From the NCBI GenBank assembly GCA_963796055.1, contig CAWCKH010000002.1, positions 1 to 64,000 on the forward strand: a stretch of DNA of 64,000 bases, in the 5' to 3' direction. This DNA comes from an uncultured delta proteobacterium. GTDB lineage: Bacteria; Myxococcota; Myxococcia; Myxococcales; Myxococcaceae. Position numbers and translations under genes: made by a program. A model generated the notes under the pieces. That model searched no databases, was not told the origin of the DNA, and saw only the letters and a list, made by a program, of their open reading frames with translations. Shown piece by piece: positions 9,150-21,566 of this stretch. The stretch's first letter is position 1; each line of letters opens with the position of its first letter.

Positions 9150-10238
9150 ATGGCGTCCTGGGAACGCAAACGCCAGCCCGACGACGTCCCCACCCCGGTG
9201 GCCGTTGCCGTCTCCGACTTCTGTCGGCGCGCCGGCGCACCTGCATCGCCGCGCGCGGTGCGGGAGGCGCTGTCGGCGCTCGCCGAGTCGGACGACTTCC
9301 GGGTCCGGGCAGTGACGGACGCCGAGCCGCCCGTCCGTCCGCTCGGCCCCTTCGCGGTGGTCGACCTCGCACGCGGCACGTCGGCGGACATCGCGGGGCT
9401 GCGCGAGCGCTCGGGCTACTACGTCCTGGTCGAGGAGATGCTCGCGCTGCAGCCTCGGAACCCCGAGGTTCCAGCCAGCGCCCCCGCCCCGGCTCCGGCA
9501 GCGCCGGCGACGGTCGTCCCCGCGCCGGTGCCTGGGCCGGGCGCCGCCGAGACCCGTGCTCCGACGGTGCCGGAACGCATCGCTCCCCGGCGCCGTGTGG
9601 CGCAGCCTCCCGCCCAGCCCCGGGGCCGGTTCACGCAGGTGGAGGCGGAGCGCGCGCCGCTCGAATCGCTGGAAGGTCCCGACGGTCGGGCGACGCTGGG
9701 GACGCTGCTGGCCCAGCACGGCCACCGCCCTGCCCTGCTCCGGGCGCTCGCCCAGGGCTACACCGGCCGGCGCGGAGACCCCTCCGCCTCCGAGCTGGAC
9801 GCGTTGCTCGCCGCGCACGGGCTGCTCGATGCCGCCGAGGCCGCCGAGCGCGCGCTGCTCCTCGCCGCCCTCGACGAGCACCGGGGGGCGCTGGGCCGGG
9901 TGGCCTGGACGCTGGGGCTCCGCGGACCCGAGCTGGGCGCGCTCGTCTCCCGCCTCGGGCTCGATCCCGAGGTGGACCGGCTGCGCGAGCGGTTCCGCCG
10001 CGAGGCCCTCAACCCGGCGAGCTGGACGGTGCGGCTGGACCTCTTCGGACGGCGCAAGTACCTCGAGGACCTCGGCGTGGAGCGCGACTTCGAGGACCGT
10101 CTCCGGGCCGATCTCCTGCGCGAGCTGCACGCCACCGGAGCGCGCGGCGACGACGCCCCCGCCACCCTCGCCAGGAGGCTCGCGGCGCCGGAGACGCTCG
10201 TCACCCGCGCGCTCGAGCGACTGGGACTTCAGGAATAG
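9150..10238 (+). CDS. Hypothetical protein, possible Fis-like HTH segment
   Basis: Coding-like frame ending 2 nt before the next start; AALDEHRGALGRVAWTLGL resembles a Fis-type HTH. Confidence 0.65.
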   Translation: MASWERKRQPDDVPTPVAVAVSDFCRRAGAPASPRAVREALSALAESDDFRVRAVTDAEPPVRPLGPFAVVDLARGTSADIAGLRERSGYYVLVEEMLALQPRNPEVPASAPAPAPAAPATVVPAPVPGPGAAETRAPTVPERIAPRRRVAQPPAQPRGRFTQVEAERAPLESLEGPDGRATLGTLLAQHGHRPALLRALAQGYTGRRGDPSASELDALLAAHGLLDAAEAAERALLLAALDEHRGALGRVAWTLGLRGPELGALVSRLGLDPEVDRLRERFRREALNPASWTVRLDLFGRRKYLEDLGVERDFEDRLRADLLRELHATGARGDDAPATLARRLAAPETLVTRALERLGLQE

Positions 10239-10240
10239 CC

Positions 10241-10591
10241 ATGCCCATCTACGAATACGAATGCAGCCAGTGCCACCAGACCTCGGACGCGCTCCAGAAG
10301 GTCAACGACCCGGCCCCGGAGACCTGTCCGCGCTGCGGCGCCCAGAACACGCTGTCCCGGCTGCTCAGCCGGACCAGCTTCGTGCTGAAGGGCGGCGGGT
10401 GGCACGCGGACCTCTACTCCTCGAGCAAGCCGAAGTCGGATGGCGGCGAGGCGAAGCCAGCCCCCGCCAAGTCCGACGGCGCCGGAGCGTCCACCTCGAC
10501 CCCCGGCGGCGGGAGCTCGGGGTCCAGCTCGGGCTCGTCCGGCAGCACGCCGGTGAGCTCTGCCCCGAAGGTGGCTGCCGCCAAGGCGTGA
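10241..10591 (+). CDS. FmdB-family zinc-ribbon protein
   Basis: MPIYEYECSQC...CPRCG...FVLKGGGW, low-complexity tail. Confidence 0.9.
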   Translation: MPIYEYECSQCHQTSDALQKVNDPAPETCPRCGAQNTLSRLLSRTSFVLKGGGWHADLYSSSKPKSDGGEAKPAPAKSDGAGASTSTPGGGSSGSSSGSSGSTPVSSAPKVAAAKA

Positions 10592-11301
10592 CGTCCCCCG
10601 GGCGCCCCCTGTCCCGGCTGGCTCCGCTGGCGGCCCTGGTGCTCGCCGGTTGCGCGGACCGCACCGCGATGGGCGTCGAGCAGCGCGAGGCGGTGATCGG
10701 CGAGCTCCGCACCTCGCCACCACGCTGGCTCGCCGTCTCCTGCGTCCGGGTTCACCTCGACGCGAGCCCCGGGACCACCTTCCTCCTCGGCGGCCCGCTG
10801 GAGGAACAGGAGCCCCGCTGGCCGGGCCGGAGCGAAGGCGTCCTCCCCGCCGGCACCCCGGTCCAGCTGCTCGACGTCTCGTTTCCCGGCGCCGAGGCCC
10901 GCGCCACCCGACCCCAGGGCACGCCGCGCGATCAGGTCTGGGTCCGGCTCGGGCTTCCTGGAGGCTCCACCGCCGTCCTCCCCCTGCCGGACCGGGCCCG
11001 CTCGGGGCAGGAGTTCTGGGGCGCGCTCGGCCAGTGGGTGAGCCGGCTCGACCCGGGGCTGCAGACGGCCGGGTGGAACGACGCGGTCATCGAGGCGGTG
11101 CGCACCCGGCACACCGTGGTGGAGATGCCCGACTCGGCGGTGCTGGCGGCGTGGGGCCCGCCGCTCCGGAGGGAGCAGCGGTTCGAGGCCAGCCGGCGGC
11201 GGGAGACCTGGACCTGGCCGGGCGGGGCGCGCCGGGCCGAGCTGGTCGACGGCCAGCTGGTCGAGTCGCGCGCTCCGGACGCTACCGGAACCGTCCCCTG
11301 A
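10588..11301 (+). CDS. Hypothetical lipoprotein
   Basis: GTGA overlap with the upstream gene; LAGC lipobox. Confidence 0.7.
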   Translation: MTSPGRPLSRLAPLAALVLAGCADRTAMGVEQREAVIGELRTSPPRWLAVSCVRVHLDASPGTTFLLGGPLEEQEPRWPGRSEGVLPAGTPVQLLDVSFPGAEARATRPQGTPRDQVWVRLGLPGGSTAVLPLPDRARSGQEFWGALGQWVSRLDPGLQTAGWNDAVIEAVRTRHTVVEMPDSAVLAAWGPPLRREQRFEASRRRETWTWPGGARRAELVDGQLVESRAPDATGTVP

Positions 11302-12001
11302 AGCCCTTCTTCTTCCGGGTCTTCTCCACCTCGCGGGCCTCCCCGGGGCGTCCCAGCCGGGGCAGCTCACCCACCATGACCGGCCAGTAGGCCTTCCCCC
11401 GCAGCGCGGCCAGGAGGTCCTCCTGGCTGGTCAGCGGGTCACGGAAGAACGTTGCCCCGCGGCCCACCTCGTCCAGGCTGAGCTTGGCGTCGCTGCCACC
11501 CACGCAGCTCAGCCCGAGCTTCTCCGCCGCCTCGACCGCGAGGTCGTTGGCCGGCTGGCGCGCGCGGGCGTTGTACCCCTCGATCGCCGACAGGCCCTGG
11601 ATGCTCAGCACCTGGTCCAGCGCCGGCGTGGGGAAGTCACGGTCGTACGGCCGGGCGGCGACGACCACCGCGCCCAGGGAGAGGACCTTGGGGATGCACT
11701 CGGCGGCGCTCCACGGCTTCTCCCGGTTGCTGCCCCAGAGCTGGACCGGCTCGGGCACCTCCTCGGGGCGGGGGAAGAAGCAGAGGAACTGCCCGCGGTC
11801 GGTGGCGAGCTCCAGCCCCACGAAGATGCGCAGCGGCGTCCTCGGCTGGAGGTCGAACAGCTCGTCGCAGCCGTCCTGGGTGTTGGTCTCGGTGAAGGCC
11901 ACCCCCTCGAGGCCGAGCGAGGCGGCCCGCTCGAGGACGGCACGGGGGTCGAGGTCGCACCCCTTGGTGAGGTGGGAATGGGCGTGGAGGTCGATGAGCA
12001 T
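11282..12001 (-). CDS. PHP-domain phosphoesterase-like protein
   Basis: IDLHAHS, IFVGLEL, IEGYNAR, GGSDA motifs. Confidence 0.85.
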   Translation of the reverse strand: MLIDLHAHSHLTKGCDLDPRAVLERAASLGLEGVAFTETNTQDGCDELFDLQPRTPLRIFVGLELATDRGQFLCFFPRPEEVPEPVQLWGSNREKPWSAAECIPKVLSLGAVVVAARPYDRDFPTPALDQVLSIQGLSAIEGYNARARQPANDLAVEAAEKLGLSCVGGSDAKLSLDEVGRGATFFRDPLTSQEDLLAALRGKAYWPVMVGELPRLGRPGEAREVEKTRKKKGFRGRFR

Positions 12002-12051
12002 GATCCGGGGAAGCCCTCGCGGCTAGCACGGACCGCCGCCCCGGTCGAGGT

Positions 12052-12312
12052 TCAGGCGAAGGCCATGGGCCTCTGAAACACCAGCTCGGCGCGCTCCTCC
12101 TGGGTACGGATGAGGTAGCCCATCAGCATCAGGGAGGAGCCGTTCTGGAGCACCCGCTCGGGGTCCCGGGCGATGAGCGTCGCGCTGTAGGACATGAAGA
12201 ACTGCGCCAGGTCCTCCCCCGCCTCGCGGGTGATCAGCGCATGGAGCTGCTTGGGATCCATGCGCTGGATCTCCTGGATGAAACGAACCGCCGCGTCTTT
12301 CTTGTTGTTCAA
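12052..12312 (-). CDS. Small hypothetical protein
   Basis: Coding-like frame (LNNKKDAAVRFIQEIQRMD...PMAFA); TTG start estimated, preceded by GAGG. Confidence 0.6.
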   Translation of the reverse strand: MNNKKDAAVRFIQEIQRMDPKQLHALITREAGEDLAQFFMSYSATLIARDPERVLQNGSSLMLMGYLIRTQEERAELVFQRPMAFA

Positions 12313-12453
12313 GAATTCGCCCTCGCCCCGCCGCCCACCTGCCGCACCGAGGTTGGACACGACCCTCCTCCGGCGCCACCGTCCTTTGACACTCCTTCCG
12401 CCTGCATGCCATACAACCGGGCGGGCGGCGGTCCTTGGGGAGGGGTTCGGCGC

Positions 12454-12663
12454 ATGTTCACCGGCGTGAAGGTGTTCTCGGCCACCAAGGCGCGGGAACG
12501 CGAGGAGCTGGGCGAGACCGTCACTCGCTGGCTGAGGAGCAACGCCGATCTGGAGGTCGTGGATCGGGTCGTCTGCCAGTCGAGCGACAACGAGTTCCAC
12601 TGCTACTCGCTGATCCTCTTCTACCGCGACCGGCCGCGGACCCCGCAGGGCCAGGCCCCGTAG
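12454..12663 (+). CDS. Small hypothetical protein
   Basis: GGAGG upstream; MFTGVKVFSATKARERE...QSSDNEFHCYSLILFY with typical codon usage. Confidence 0.7.
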   Translation: MFTGVKVFSATKAREREELGETVTRWLRSNADLEVVDRVVCQSSDNEFHCYSLILFYRDRPRTPQGQAP

Positions 12664-15405
12664 TCAGAGGTCGAAGAAGTACGACCACTTCACCTGGAAG
12701 GTGTCCACCGCCGGCCCCGGGCCGAGGCGGAGGGGGAAGATGCCCGAGGTGGGTTCCTGCTGGTGGGTCACCTTCCCCGAGTCGTCGACGACCTTCTGGA
12801 GCCCGAGCGTTCCCTGGTTGCGCGCGTAGACCAGGAAGAGCGTGGAGCCCAGCCGGTACTCCCAGCGCAGCACGACATTGATGTTGAGCGCCGCATCGTG
12901 GAAATCGGGGTTGTCGATCCCCTCCGGACGGCTGGAGAGCCTCTGCAGCTGCGCGACGTGGATCCGATCTCCGGTGGAGGCGGTGGCGCTGAAGAGCTCC
13001 GGGTAGTGCGCCCCCGCGGAGAAGAGCTGGGCGTAGATCTGCAAGGTCAGCCGCGGGGCGAAGACGAACGTCTGCCGCACGGTGATCGAGAGGTCCTCGG
13101 CGTCCTGACGCCCGAAGACGAAGGTGTTGCGCTCGGTCTTCTCCAGGCCCGACTCGCTGCACGGGCCCATCCAGCAGTCGACATACCGGGCGCCCTGGGG
13201 CTGACGATCGTACTTGCCGTCGAGCTCGGTCTCCCACCACGGCCACGGGCGCAGCACGAGAGTCAGCTCGGTGCCCCAGCCGGTCTGGGCAGGGATCGGG
13301 TCCTGGCGGAACGAGCGCGACACGTAGACCGATCCGCGAAGGACGAGCGGCCGGTTGGGGTCGGTGTTGCCGTAGACCGTGAACTGCGCCGAGTTCTGAC
13401 GCTCCAGCGGAACGCCATACTCGCGGATCTCCCGCACGTCGAAGCGCGGGACGTTGAGGGCCAGGTACCCGCCGACCACCTGGAACCCGGGGAGGGTCAC
13501 CCATCCATCCAGGAACCCGTAGTTCCCCCGGGGAGTCCAGCGGCCCTCGGTGGTCCAGAAGCTCTGGAACCCGAGGTTGGCCTGGATCTCCCGGAGGCTG
13601 CCGATGCTCTGGCTCCGGAAGTAGCGCAGGTTCCCCCCGAACGCCTGGCGGTTCTGGCTCTCCTCGTAGCCCATGGCGTTCAGGTCCAGGCGCGGTGACG
13701 AACCCTGGTAGCTGACGTTCGCCCGGACCCCTTCTCCACCGAGCCGGCCGGAGATCAGGTATCCGCCGATGCCCAGGTCGCCAGGGTGCATCACCGTCCC
13801 GTCGAGGAGGACGTCGTTGGCCGGCCCTCCGATTCTCCGGCTCCCATTGATGGCCGCCACCGCCACCCACTCTCCTCCGCGGGAGCGGAGGTCCAGGTCC
13901 AGACCCGCGGTGGTGCCTCCGTAGGCCTGACAGTCCTCGCGTTTGATCGGGTCCGCCGACTGGAGCCGGATGGCGTCGGGCTGCGCCGCCTGGAGCGCTT
14001 CCTGAAGCTGGATGTCGGCCTCGGTGCACCGGGAGGTCAAGGGATTCGCCGAGGTGAAGGTCGCTCCGACGGCAGAGCTTCCGAGGAAACTCTGCCTCAA
14101 GGCCGCGGCGAGGTAGTTGCGAGGGACCGGTGGCTCGCGGGGGAGCTCGCCATTCAGTCCCAGATGGAACGGTCGCTGGGGATACACCGCGAGCCCCCGG
14201 TCCGGACTCTGCTCCACCTGGTGCACCCAGGCGTCGTCGGGATCCGGATCGTCGAGGAAGGCAACGTCGTGCTTCCCGGGGTCCGCCACGCCGAGCACCA
14301 CCGCATCGAGCAGCCCCAGCTCCAGTCCCTTGCGGAGGTTCCCGGTGACCTTCCCCGCCGCGAGGATGGGGGTGTCGAGCCCGATCCGCCGGCTGTAGAA
14401 GAGCCGCTGGGGAACTCCGAACTCCGCCCCCACTGGCTGGAAGAGCTCGAGCCCCTGGTTGAAGAACGGTCGCTTCTCGGGGAAGAAGATCTCCTGGTTG
14501 GTGAGGTTCAGGACCACCTGATCCGCTTCCACCTGCCCGAAGTCGGGGTTGATCGCCGCGACCAGGGTCAGGTCCGAGGTCAGGGTCGCGCGGAGGTCCG
14601 CGCCCACGTCGGCGGACGGGTATGCCAGGCGCGGCTGGGGGGACGCAGGGTCCGAGAACTGTGGGCGGAGGCTCAGGCGCGCCGTGGCGTACGGGGTGAC
14701 CTGGAGCGCGCGACGGGGCTGGAGGCCATCGAGTCCGGTCAAGGTCCCGAGCTGAGAGACCAGCGCGTTGGCGCTGCGGGGGATCAGCCGGGAGTCGAAG
14801 ACCTGGTGCGTGCGGTACACAGTCCGACGCACCAGGAATCCCCACTCCTGCGTGGGGGCACGCGGAAACCGGAGCAGGTCGAGAGGAATGGCAAACTCGG
14901 CGCTCCAGCGGTCGGCTCCGAGCGCGACCGCCGCGTCCCACACCCCGTCCCAGGTGTCGGCGAGGTTGACGTCCCCGTAGAGCAGCCCGTCCCGGAGCAC
15001 CCCGGCGGCGTTCACCCCGAAGTAGTAGCCGTCGCGGCCCTCGTGGGTGGAATCGATGGCCAGCTCCACCTGATCGCCGCTCAGGACGGCGTCGCGCCGG
15101 GCCAGCTGGCGGTTGATCTCCTCCGGCCGCGGGTCGTGACAGACGACAGAGATGAAGAGGGTCCGGTCGTCGTAGAGAACGCGGACCTCGGTCCGGAACG
15201 CGGGCGACGGCGTGCGGCCCTCCTCGGGGAACTGCTCGACGAAGTCGGTGTACGGTGGGGCGCGCTGCCAGAGCGCCTCGTCCGGGACCCCGTCCAGCTT
15301 CGGAACCTCGGACGTCCGCACCGCGCGGATCGGTCCCTGCGCGGCGAGCGCCGGACAGACGGCCGCCAGCGCGCAGACCAGGACGGCTTTCCGAACGAGG
15401 TCCAA
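12664..15405 (-). CDS. Outer-membrane protein with CBM9-like N-terminal domain and DUF5916-like barrel
   Basis: Signal peptide, PKLDG...TEVRVLYDD...WSAEFAIP, NPDFGQVEAD, FFPEKRPFF, aromatic C-terminus KWSYFFDL; start estimated. Confidence 0.8.
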   Translation of the reverse strand: MDLVRKAVLVCALAAVCPALAAQGPIRAVRTSEVPKLDGVPDEALWQRAPPYTDFVEQFPEEGRTPSPAFRTEVRVLYDDRTLFISVVCHDPRPEEINRQLARRDAVLSGDQVELAIDSTHEGRDGYYFGVNAAGVLRDGLLYGDVNLADTWDGVWDAAVALGADRWSAEFAIPLDLLRFPRAPTQEWGFLVRRTVYRTHQVFDSRLIPRSANALVSQLGTLTGLDGLQPRRALQVTPYATARLSLRPQFSDPASPQPRLAYPSADVGADLRATLTSDLTLVAAINPDFGQVEADQVVLNLTNQEIFFPEKRPFFNQGLELFQPVGAEFGVPQRLFYSRRIGLDTPILAAGKVTGNLRKGLELGLLDAVVLGVADPGKHDVAFLDDPDPDDAWVHQVEQSPDRGLAVYPQRPFHLGLNGELPREPPVPRNYLAAALRQSFLGSSAVGATFTSANPLTSRCTEADIQLQEALQAAQPDAIRLQSADPIKREDCQAYGGTTAGLDLDLRSRGGEWVAVAAINGSRRIGGPANDVLLDGTVMHPGDLGIGGYLISGRLGGEGVRANVSYQGSSPRLDLNAMGYEESQNRQAFGGNLRYFRSQSIGSLREIQANLGFQSFWTTEGRWTPRGNYGFLDGWVTLPGFQVVGGYLALNVPRFDVREIREYGVPLERQNSAQFTVYGNTDPNRPLVLRGSVYVSRSFRQDPIPAQTGWGTELTLVLRPWPWWETELDGKYDRQPQGARYVDCWMGPCSESGLEKTERNTFVFGRQDAEDLSITVRQTFVFAPRLTLQIYAQLFSAGAHYPELFSATASTGDRIHVAQLQRLSSRPEGIDNPDFHDAALNINVVLRWEYRLGSTLFLVYARNQGTLGLQKVVDDSGKVTHQQEPTSGIFPLRLGPGPAVDTFQVKWSYFFDL

Positions 15406-15486
15406 TCGGGGCTCGGCAGTCCTCAGCGAGCGGCCCTCCAAACGCGACGACCCGGACCCGGAGCCTCGCCTAGGCTCCGACAGCCC

Positions 15487-17643
15487 ATGTCCCGACCCGT
15501 CCCGACCTGGACGCTTCTCCTCCTCGCCTGTTGCGCCGGCAACCCCGCGCCGCACTCTTCGTCACCCGCCGGTCACACGTCCGCCCCGGCAACGGTGCCC
15601 TCGACCGATGGAGGAACGATGCCTACGCCCCCGGTGTCCACGCGGCTGGTCGACGCGCTGGTCCAGCTCCACGGCGAGGGCGCCCGCCCGCGGGCGGAAC
15701 GGGGCGTGAAACAGGTCCTTGCCTTCTGGCGGGGGGAGGACGGCGACGCGGTGACACAGGAGAAGTTCGTCACCTCGGCCTTCATCGCCGACCCGGCGGT
15801 GCTCGCCCGGACCCGCGACCGGCTCGCGGAGGCGTTCGAGGCGGCCGACGGACATCTTCTGGAGATCGGCCGGACCTGGCGCGCGGGTGCGGAGCTGGAG
15901 CGAGGCCCCGAGCTCCCGGTGGACGCCCTGCTGGCCGCCACCGACCCGAGCGCCCACCTCCAGGAGGACACGTTCTCCTCGAAGATCGCCTTCACCGTGC
16001 TGCTGAACTGGCCGCTGGACTCACTGGACGAGATGGTGACCCAGGGGCCGGGCTGGTCGAGGACGCGGTGGGCCGAGGCACGGCTCACCGGACGGTTTGC
16101 GACCCGGCCGTCGGGCGCGGCGCTGGCGCAGCGCGCCGAGGCCTACGCCGCCGCCGAGGCTTACATCGCCGGGTACAACCTCTGGGTCCATCATCTGGTC
16201 GGCCCGGACGGGCAGCGACCGTTCCCGAAGGGAAAGCGGCTGCTGAGCCACTGGAACCTGCGCGACCAGATCAAGGCCGACTACGCCGAGGGCCCCGAGG
16301 GGCTGGTGCGCCAGCGGCTGATCCGCACCGCAATGGAGCGCATCGTGGCGCAGGAGATCCCCCGGGCGGTCATCGACGATCCGCGCCTCGACTGGGACCC
16401 GGTCCGGAACATCCTGTCCGCGGCGCCAGCGGCCGAGGTCGAGGAGCGCCCGGCCGCGCAGACCGGCAAGGCTGGCGGCGTCCTGAAGGTCAGCGCTGAC
16501 CGGGAGCCGGATACCCGCTACGCGAATCTCTTGCGGAACTTCCAGGCCGCGCGCCGGACGGACCAGGACTCGCCGTTCGCCCCGACCGAGATGGACCGGC
16601 GCTTCCGGCTCGACTACGAGATTCCCGAACCCCGGTTCCGGGCGCTCCTCGAGTCCATCGTGGGCTCGCCGCTCGTGCCCCGGGTGGCAGCGCTGATCCA
16701 GCAGCGGCTGGGCCGTCCCCTCGAACCGCACGACCTCTGGTACGCCGGATTCAGCGCCCGGGCCCGCGTCCCGGAGGCGAAGCTCGATGCGCTCACCCGG
16801 AAGCGGTACCCGACGCCCGAGGCCTACGCCAGGGACATGCCCCGGCTGCTCCGGGGCCTGGGCTTCACCTCTGCGAAGGCGAGGTGGCTGGCCGAGCGCA
16901 TCGTCGTGGATCCGGCCCGTGGCTCCGGCCACGCGCTCCAGGCGGCCCGCCGCGGTGACTTTCCGCACCTGCGCACCCGGGTCGCTCCGGGCGGCATGGA
17001 CTTCAAGGGGTACAACATCGCCGTCCACGAGATGGGCCACAACGTGGAGCAGCTGTTCTCGCTGTACGAGGTGGACAGCACCTTGCTCGCCGGCGTGCCG
17101 GGGAACGCCTTCACCGAGGCGCTGGCCTTCACCTTCCAGGCGCGCGACCTCGAATTGCTCGGGCTCGGCAAGCCCAGCGCGCGCGACGAGCAACTCCGGA
17201 CCTTGAACGACTTCTGGGCCACCTGGGAGATCTCCGGCGTCGCCCTCCTCGACATGGCGCTCTGGCACTGGATGTACGAGCACCCCGAGGCGACCCCCGC
17301 GCAGCTCCGCGAGGCGACCCTGGGCCTCGCCCGGGATCTGTGGAACCGCCACTACGCGCCGGTGCTGGGCGGGAAGGACTCGGCGCTGCTCGGCATCTAC
17401 TCGCACATCCTCGCACCGTCGTTCCTCTACCTGCCCGCCTACCCGCTGGGGCACCTCATCGCCTTCCAGCTCGAGGAGAAGCTGAAGGGCCCGCGCTCGG
17501 GGGCGGAGTTCGAGCGGGTGGCCTCGTACGGCCGGGTGACTCCGGATCTGTGGATGGTCCACGCAACGGGCGCGCCGGTGTCGGCCGAGCCGCTGCTCCG
17601 GGCGACCGAGGCCGCGCTGAAGGCCGAGTCCGCCGCGCGCTGA
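15487..17643 (+). CDS. Lipoprotein, putative gluzincin zinc metallopeptidase
   Basis: LLACC lipobox; HEMGH (HExxH) with downstream AFTEALA glutamate. Confidence 0.65.
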   Translation: MSRPVPTWTLLLLACCAGNPAPHSSSPAGHTSAPATVPSTDGGTMPTPPVSTRLVDALVQLHGEGARPRAERGVKQVLAFWRGEDGDAVTQEKFVTSAFIADPAVLARTRDRLAEAFEAADGHLLEIGRTWRAGAELERGPELPVDALLAATDPSAHLQEDTFSSKIAFTVLLNWPLDSLDEMVTQGPGWSRTRWAEARLTGRFATRPSGAALAQRAEAYAAAEAYIAGYNLWVHHLVGPDGQRPFPKGKRLLSHWNLRDQIKADYAEGPEGLVRQRLIRTAMERIVAQEIPRAVIDDPRLDWDPVRNILSAAPAAEVEERPAAQTGKAGGVLKVSADREPDTRYANLLRNFQAARRTDQDSPFAPTEMDRRFRLDYEIPEPRFRALLESIVGSPLVPRVAALIQQRLGRPLEPHDLWYAGFSARARVPEAKLDALTRKRYPTPEAYARDMPRLLRGLGFTSAKARWLAERIVVDPARGSGHALQAARRGDFPHLRTRVAPGGMDFKGYNIAVHEMGHNVEQLFSLYEVDSTLLAGVPGNAFTEALAFTFQARDLELLGLGKPSARDEQLRTLNDFWATWEISGVALLDMALWHWMYEHPEATPAQLREATLGLARDLWNRHYAPVLGGKDSALLGIYSHILAPSFLYLPAYPLGHLIAFQLEEKLKGPRSGAEFERVASYGRVTPDLWMVHATGAPVSAEPLLRATEAALKAESAAR

Positions 17644-17771
17644 GCCGGGGCCTGCCGGGCCGCTCGGGGGGGCGGACGAGCGCACCGCCCGGGGGTGAAC
17701 ATTGGCCCCGTGGCCGATGCGGGCACCTCCGCGGCGCCGGCCGTGGCATCGTGTACAGCTTCCAGCTCAGC

Positions 17772-19910
17772 ATGGCTCAGCCAGACGACGCCGCCCCGCT
17801 GCACGCCCAGACCGCGACGCCGGACACCGGAGCTCACCCCGCGCGCGCGCGGGGTGGCGAGACGGGCGCGAGCGTCCAGAGCGCCTCCGCGGGCCGCATC
17901 CCCGTCCTCGCCAGCGCGGAGCGTCCCGGGCGTGCGGCGAGCATGGTCATCGAGGCGGTGACTCCGGAGATCGACGGGGGCCGCTCCGCGGTGAAGCGCA
18001 TCGCCGATGAGCCGCTCCACGTGGAGGCCGACATCTTCAAGGAGGGGCACGACGTCCTCGCCGCGGTGGTGTGGTGGCGGCAGGTCTCGCCCGAGGCCGA
18101 GGCCGGCCCCTGGCGCGCGGTGCCGATGCACCCCCTGGGGAACGACCGTTGGTCGGCGGACGTGACGCTCGGACCGCCGGGGGGCGTCGGCTTCACCATC
18201 GAGGCCTGGCCCGACACCTACCGGAGCTGGGTCTCCGAGCTGGAGCGGAAGGTCGCCGTCGGCCGCGACGTCCAGAGCGAGCTGCTCGAGGGCGCTGCTT
18301 TCCTCCGGGCCTGCGCCGCCCGGGCCGCCGCGGCGCACGCCACCCACGACGCGCAGCTTCTGGACGAGGCGGCCGCCGCCCTCGAGGGCCCCCCGATGGA
18401 CGCCATCGCCCGGGCCACCGACATGCGGGTGGTGGACACCGCCGCCCGGTACCCCGACCGGAGCCTCGGCCGCCGCGATCCGCTGGAGCGCCCGGTGCTG
18501 GTGGAGCGCGACCGCGCCCGGACCGGCGCCTGGTACGAGCTGTTTCCCCGGAGCGCCGCACACGCCGAGCGCCACGGCACGCTCCGCGACGCCGAGGCGC
18601 TGCTCCCCGAGCTCGAGCGGCTGGGGTTCGACGTGGTCTACCTCCCCCCCGTCCACCCCATCGGCCGCACTGCCCGCAAGGGGAAGAACAACGCCCCCGG
18701 GGCCGAGCCGGGCGACGTGGGGAGCCCCTGGGCCATCGGAGCGCGCGAGGGTGGACACACCGCGGTCCACCCCGACCTGGGCACGGTGGAGGACTTCCGC
18801 CGCTTCGTCGGGCGCGCCGCCGAGCACGGCCTCGAGGTGGCGCTCGACCTCGCGTTCCAGGCTTCGCCCGACCACCCCTGGGTGAGCGAGCATCCGGAGT
18901 GGTTCCAGCACCGGCCCGACGGCACCATCAAGACCGCCGAGAACCCGCCCAAGCGCTACGACGACATCGTCAACTTCGACTTCCTCGGGCCCGGGCGGCA
19001 CACGCTCTGGCCGGCGCTGCTGGAGGTGGTCCTGTTCTGGGCGCAGCAGGGGGTGCGCATCTTCCGGGTGGACAACCCCCACACCAAGCCCCTGCCCTTC
19101 TGGGAATGGCTCCTCCGGGAGGCCCGCGAGCGCGACCCGGGGCTGGTCTTCCTCTCCGAGGCCTTCACCCGGCCCAAGCTGATGCGTGCCCTGGCCAAGG
19201 TGGGCTTCAGCCAGAGCTACACGTATTTCACCTGGCGGAACCACAAGCACGAGCTCACCGAGTACTTCCAGGAGCTGCGCCGTCCGGAGTGGGCCGAGGT
19301 GATGCGCCCCAGCCTCTGGCCCAACACCCCGGACATCCTCCCCGAGTTCCTCCAGCGCGGCGGCCCACCGGCTTTCCGCATCCGGGTCGCGCTCGCGGCC
19401 ACGCTCGGCGCCTGCTACGGCATCTACTCGGGCTACGAGTTCTGCGACGCTCCGGTCCTGCACGGCGAGGAGTACCGGGACAGCGAGAAGTACCAGCTGG
19501 TCGACTGGCGGGCCCGGCGCTCCGGCGACATCCGGGAGTGGATCGGCCGCCTCAACGAGGTTCGCCATGGCGAGCGCGCACTCCAGCGCGATGATGGGCT
19601 GGAGTTCTTCGACTGCGACGATCCACAGGTCATCTTCTACGGCAAGCGGCTCGACGACGGGACCAGCCAGGTGCTGGTCGCGGTGAGCCTCGACCCGTAC
19701 CGCGTGCACACCGCCCAGCTGCACCTGCCCCTCCACCGCTACGGGCTCGCCGGTCGCGAGGTGGTGGAGGTGGAGGAACGGCTCGGCCGCGAGCGTCAGC
19801 TCTGGCGCGGGGAGACGGCCACGGTCACGCTCACCCCCGAGAAGCCCGCCGCTGTCTGGACCGTCTCTGCCCCGGCCCGCTCCGAGCAGGCCTTCGACTA
19901 TTTCTACTGA
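17772..19910 (+). CDS. glgE: Alpha-1,4-glucan:maltose-1-phosphate maltosyltransferase
   Basis: [54 protein letters not shown]. Confidence 0.95.
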   Translation: MAQPDDAAPLHAQTATPDTGAHPARARGGETGASVQSASAGRIPVLASAERPGRAASMVIEAVTPEIDGGRSAVKRIADEPLHVEADIFKEGHDVLAAVVWWRQVSPEAEAGPWRAVPMHPLGNDRWSADVTLGPPGGVGFTIEAWPDTYRSWVSELERKVAVGRDVQSELLEGAAFLRACAARAAAAHATHDAQLLDEAAAALEGPPMDAIARATDMRVVDTAARYPDRSLGRRDPLERPVLVERDRARTGAWYELFPRSAAHAERHGTLRDAEALLPELERLGFDVVYLPPVHPIGRTARKGKNNAPGAEPGDVGSPWAIGAREGGHTAVHPDLGTVEDFRRFVGRAAEHGLEVALDLAFQASPDHPWVSEHPEWFQHRPDGTIKTAENPPKRYDDIVNFDFLGPGRHTLWPALLEVVLFWAQQGVRIFRVDNPHTKPLPFWEWLLREARERDPGLVFLSEAFTRPKLMRALAKVGFSQSYTYFTWRNHKHELTEYFQELRRPEWAEVMRPSLWPNTPDILPEFLQRGGPPAFRIRVALAATLGACYGIYSGYEFCDAPVLHGEEYRDSEKYQLVDWRARRSGDIREWIGRLNEVRHGERALQRDDGLEFFDCDDPQVIFYGKRLDDGTSQVLVAVSLDPYRVHTAQLHLPLHRYGLAGREVVEVEERLGRERQLWRGETATVTLTPEKPAAVWTVSAPARSEQAFDYFY

Positions 19911-21562
<1,652 letters not shown>

Positions 21563-21566
<4 letters not shown>

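Noticed and set aside
13786..15486. N-terminal 567 aa of the 1285-aa ORF
   Set aside because: Antisense shadow of the DUF5916-like gene; the real protein starts at the lipoprotein signal at 15487
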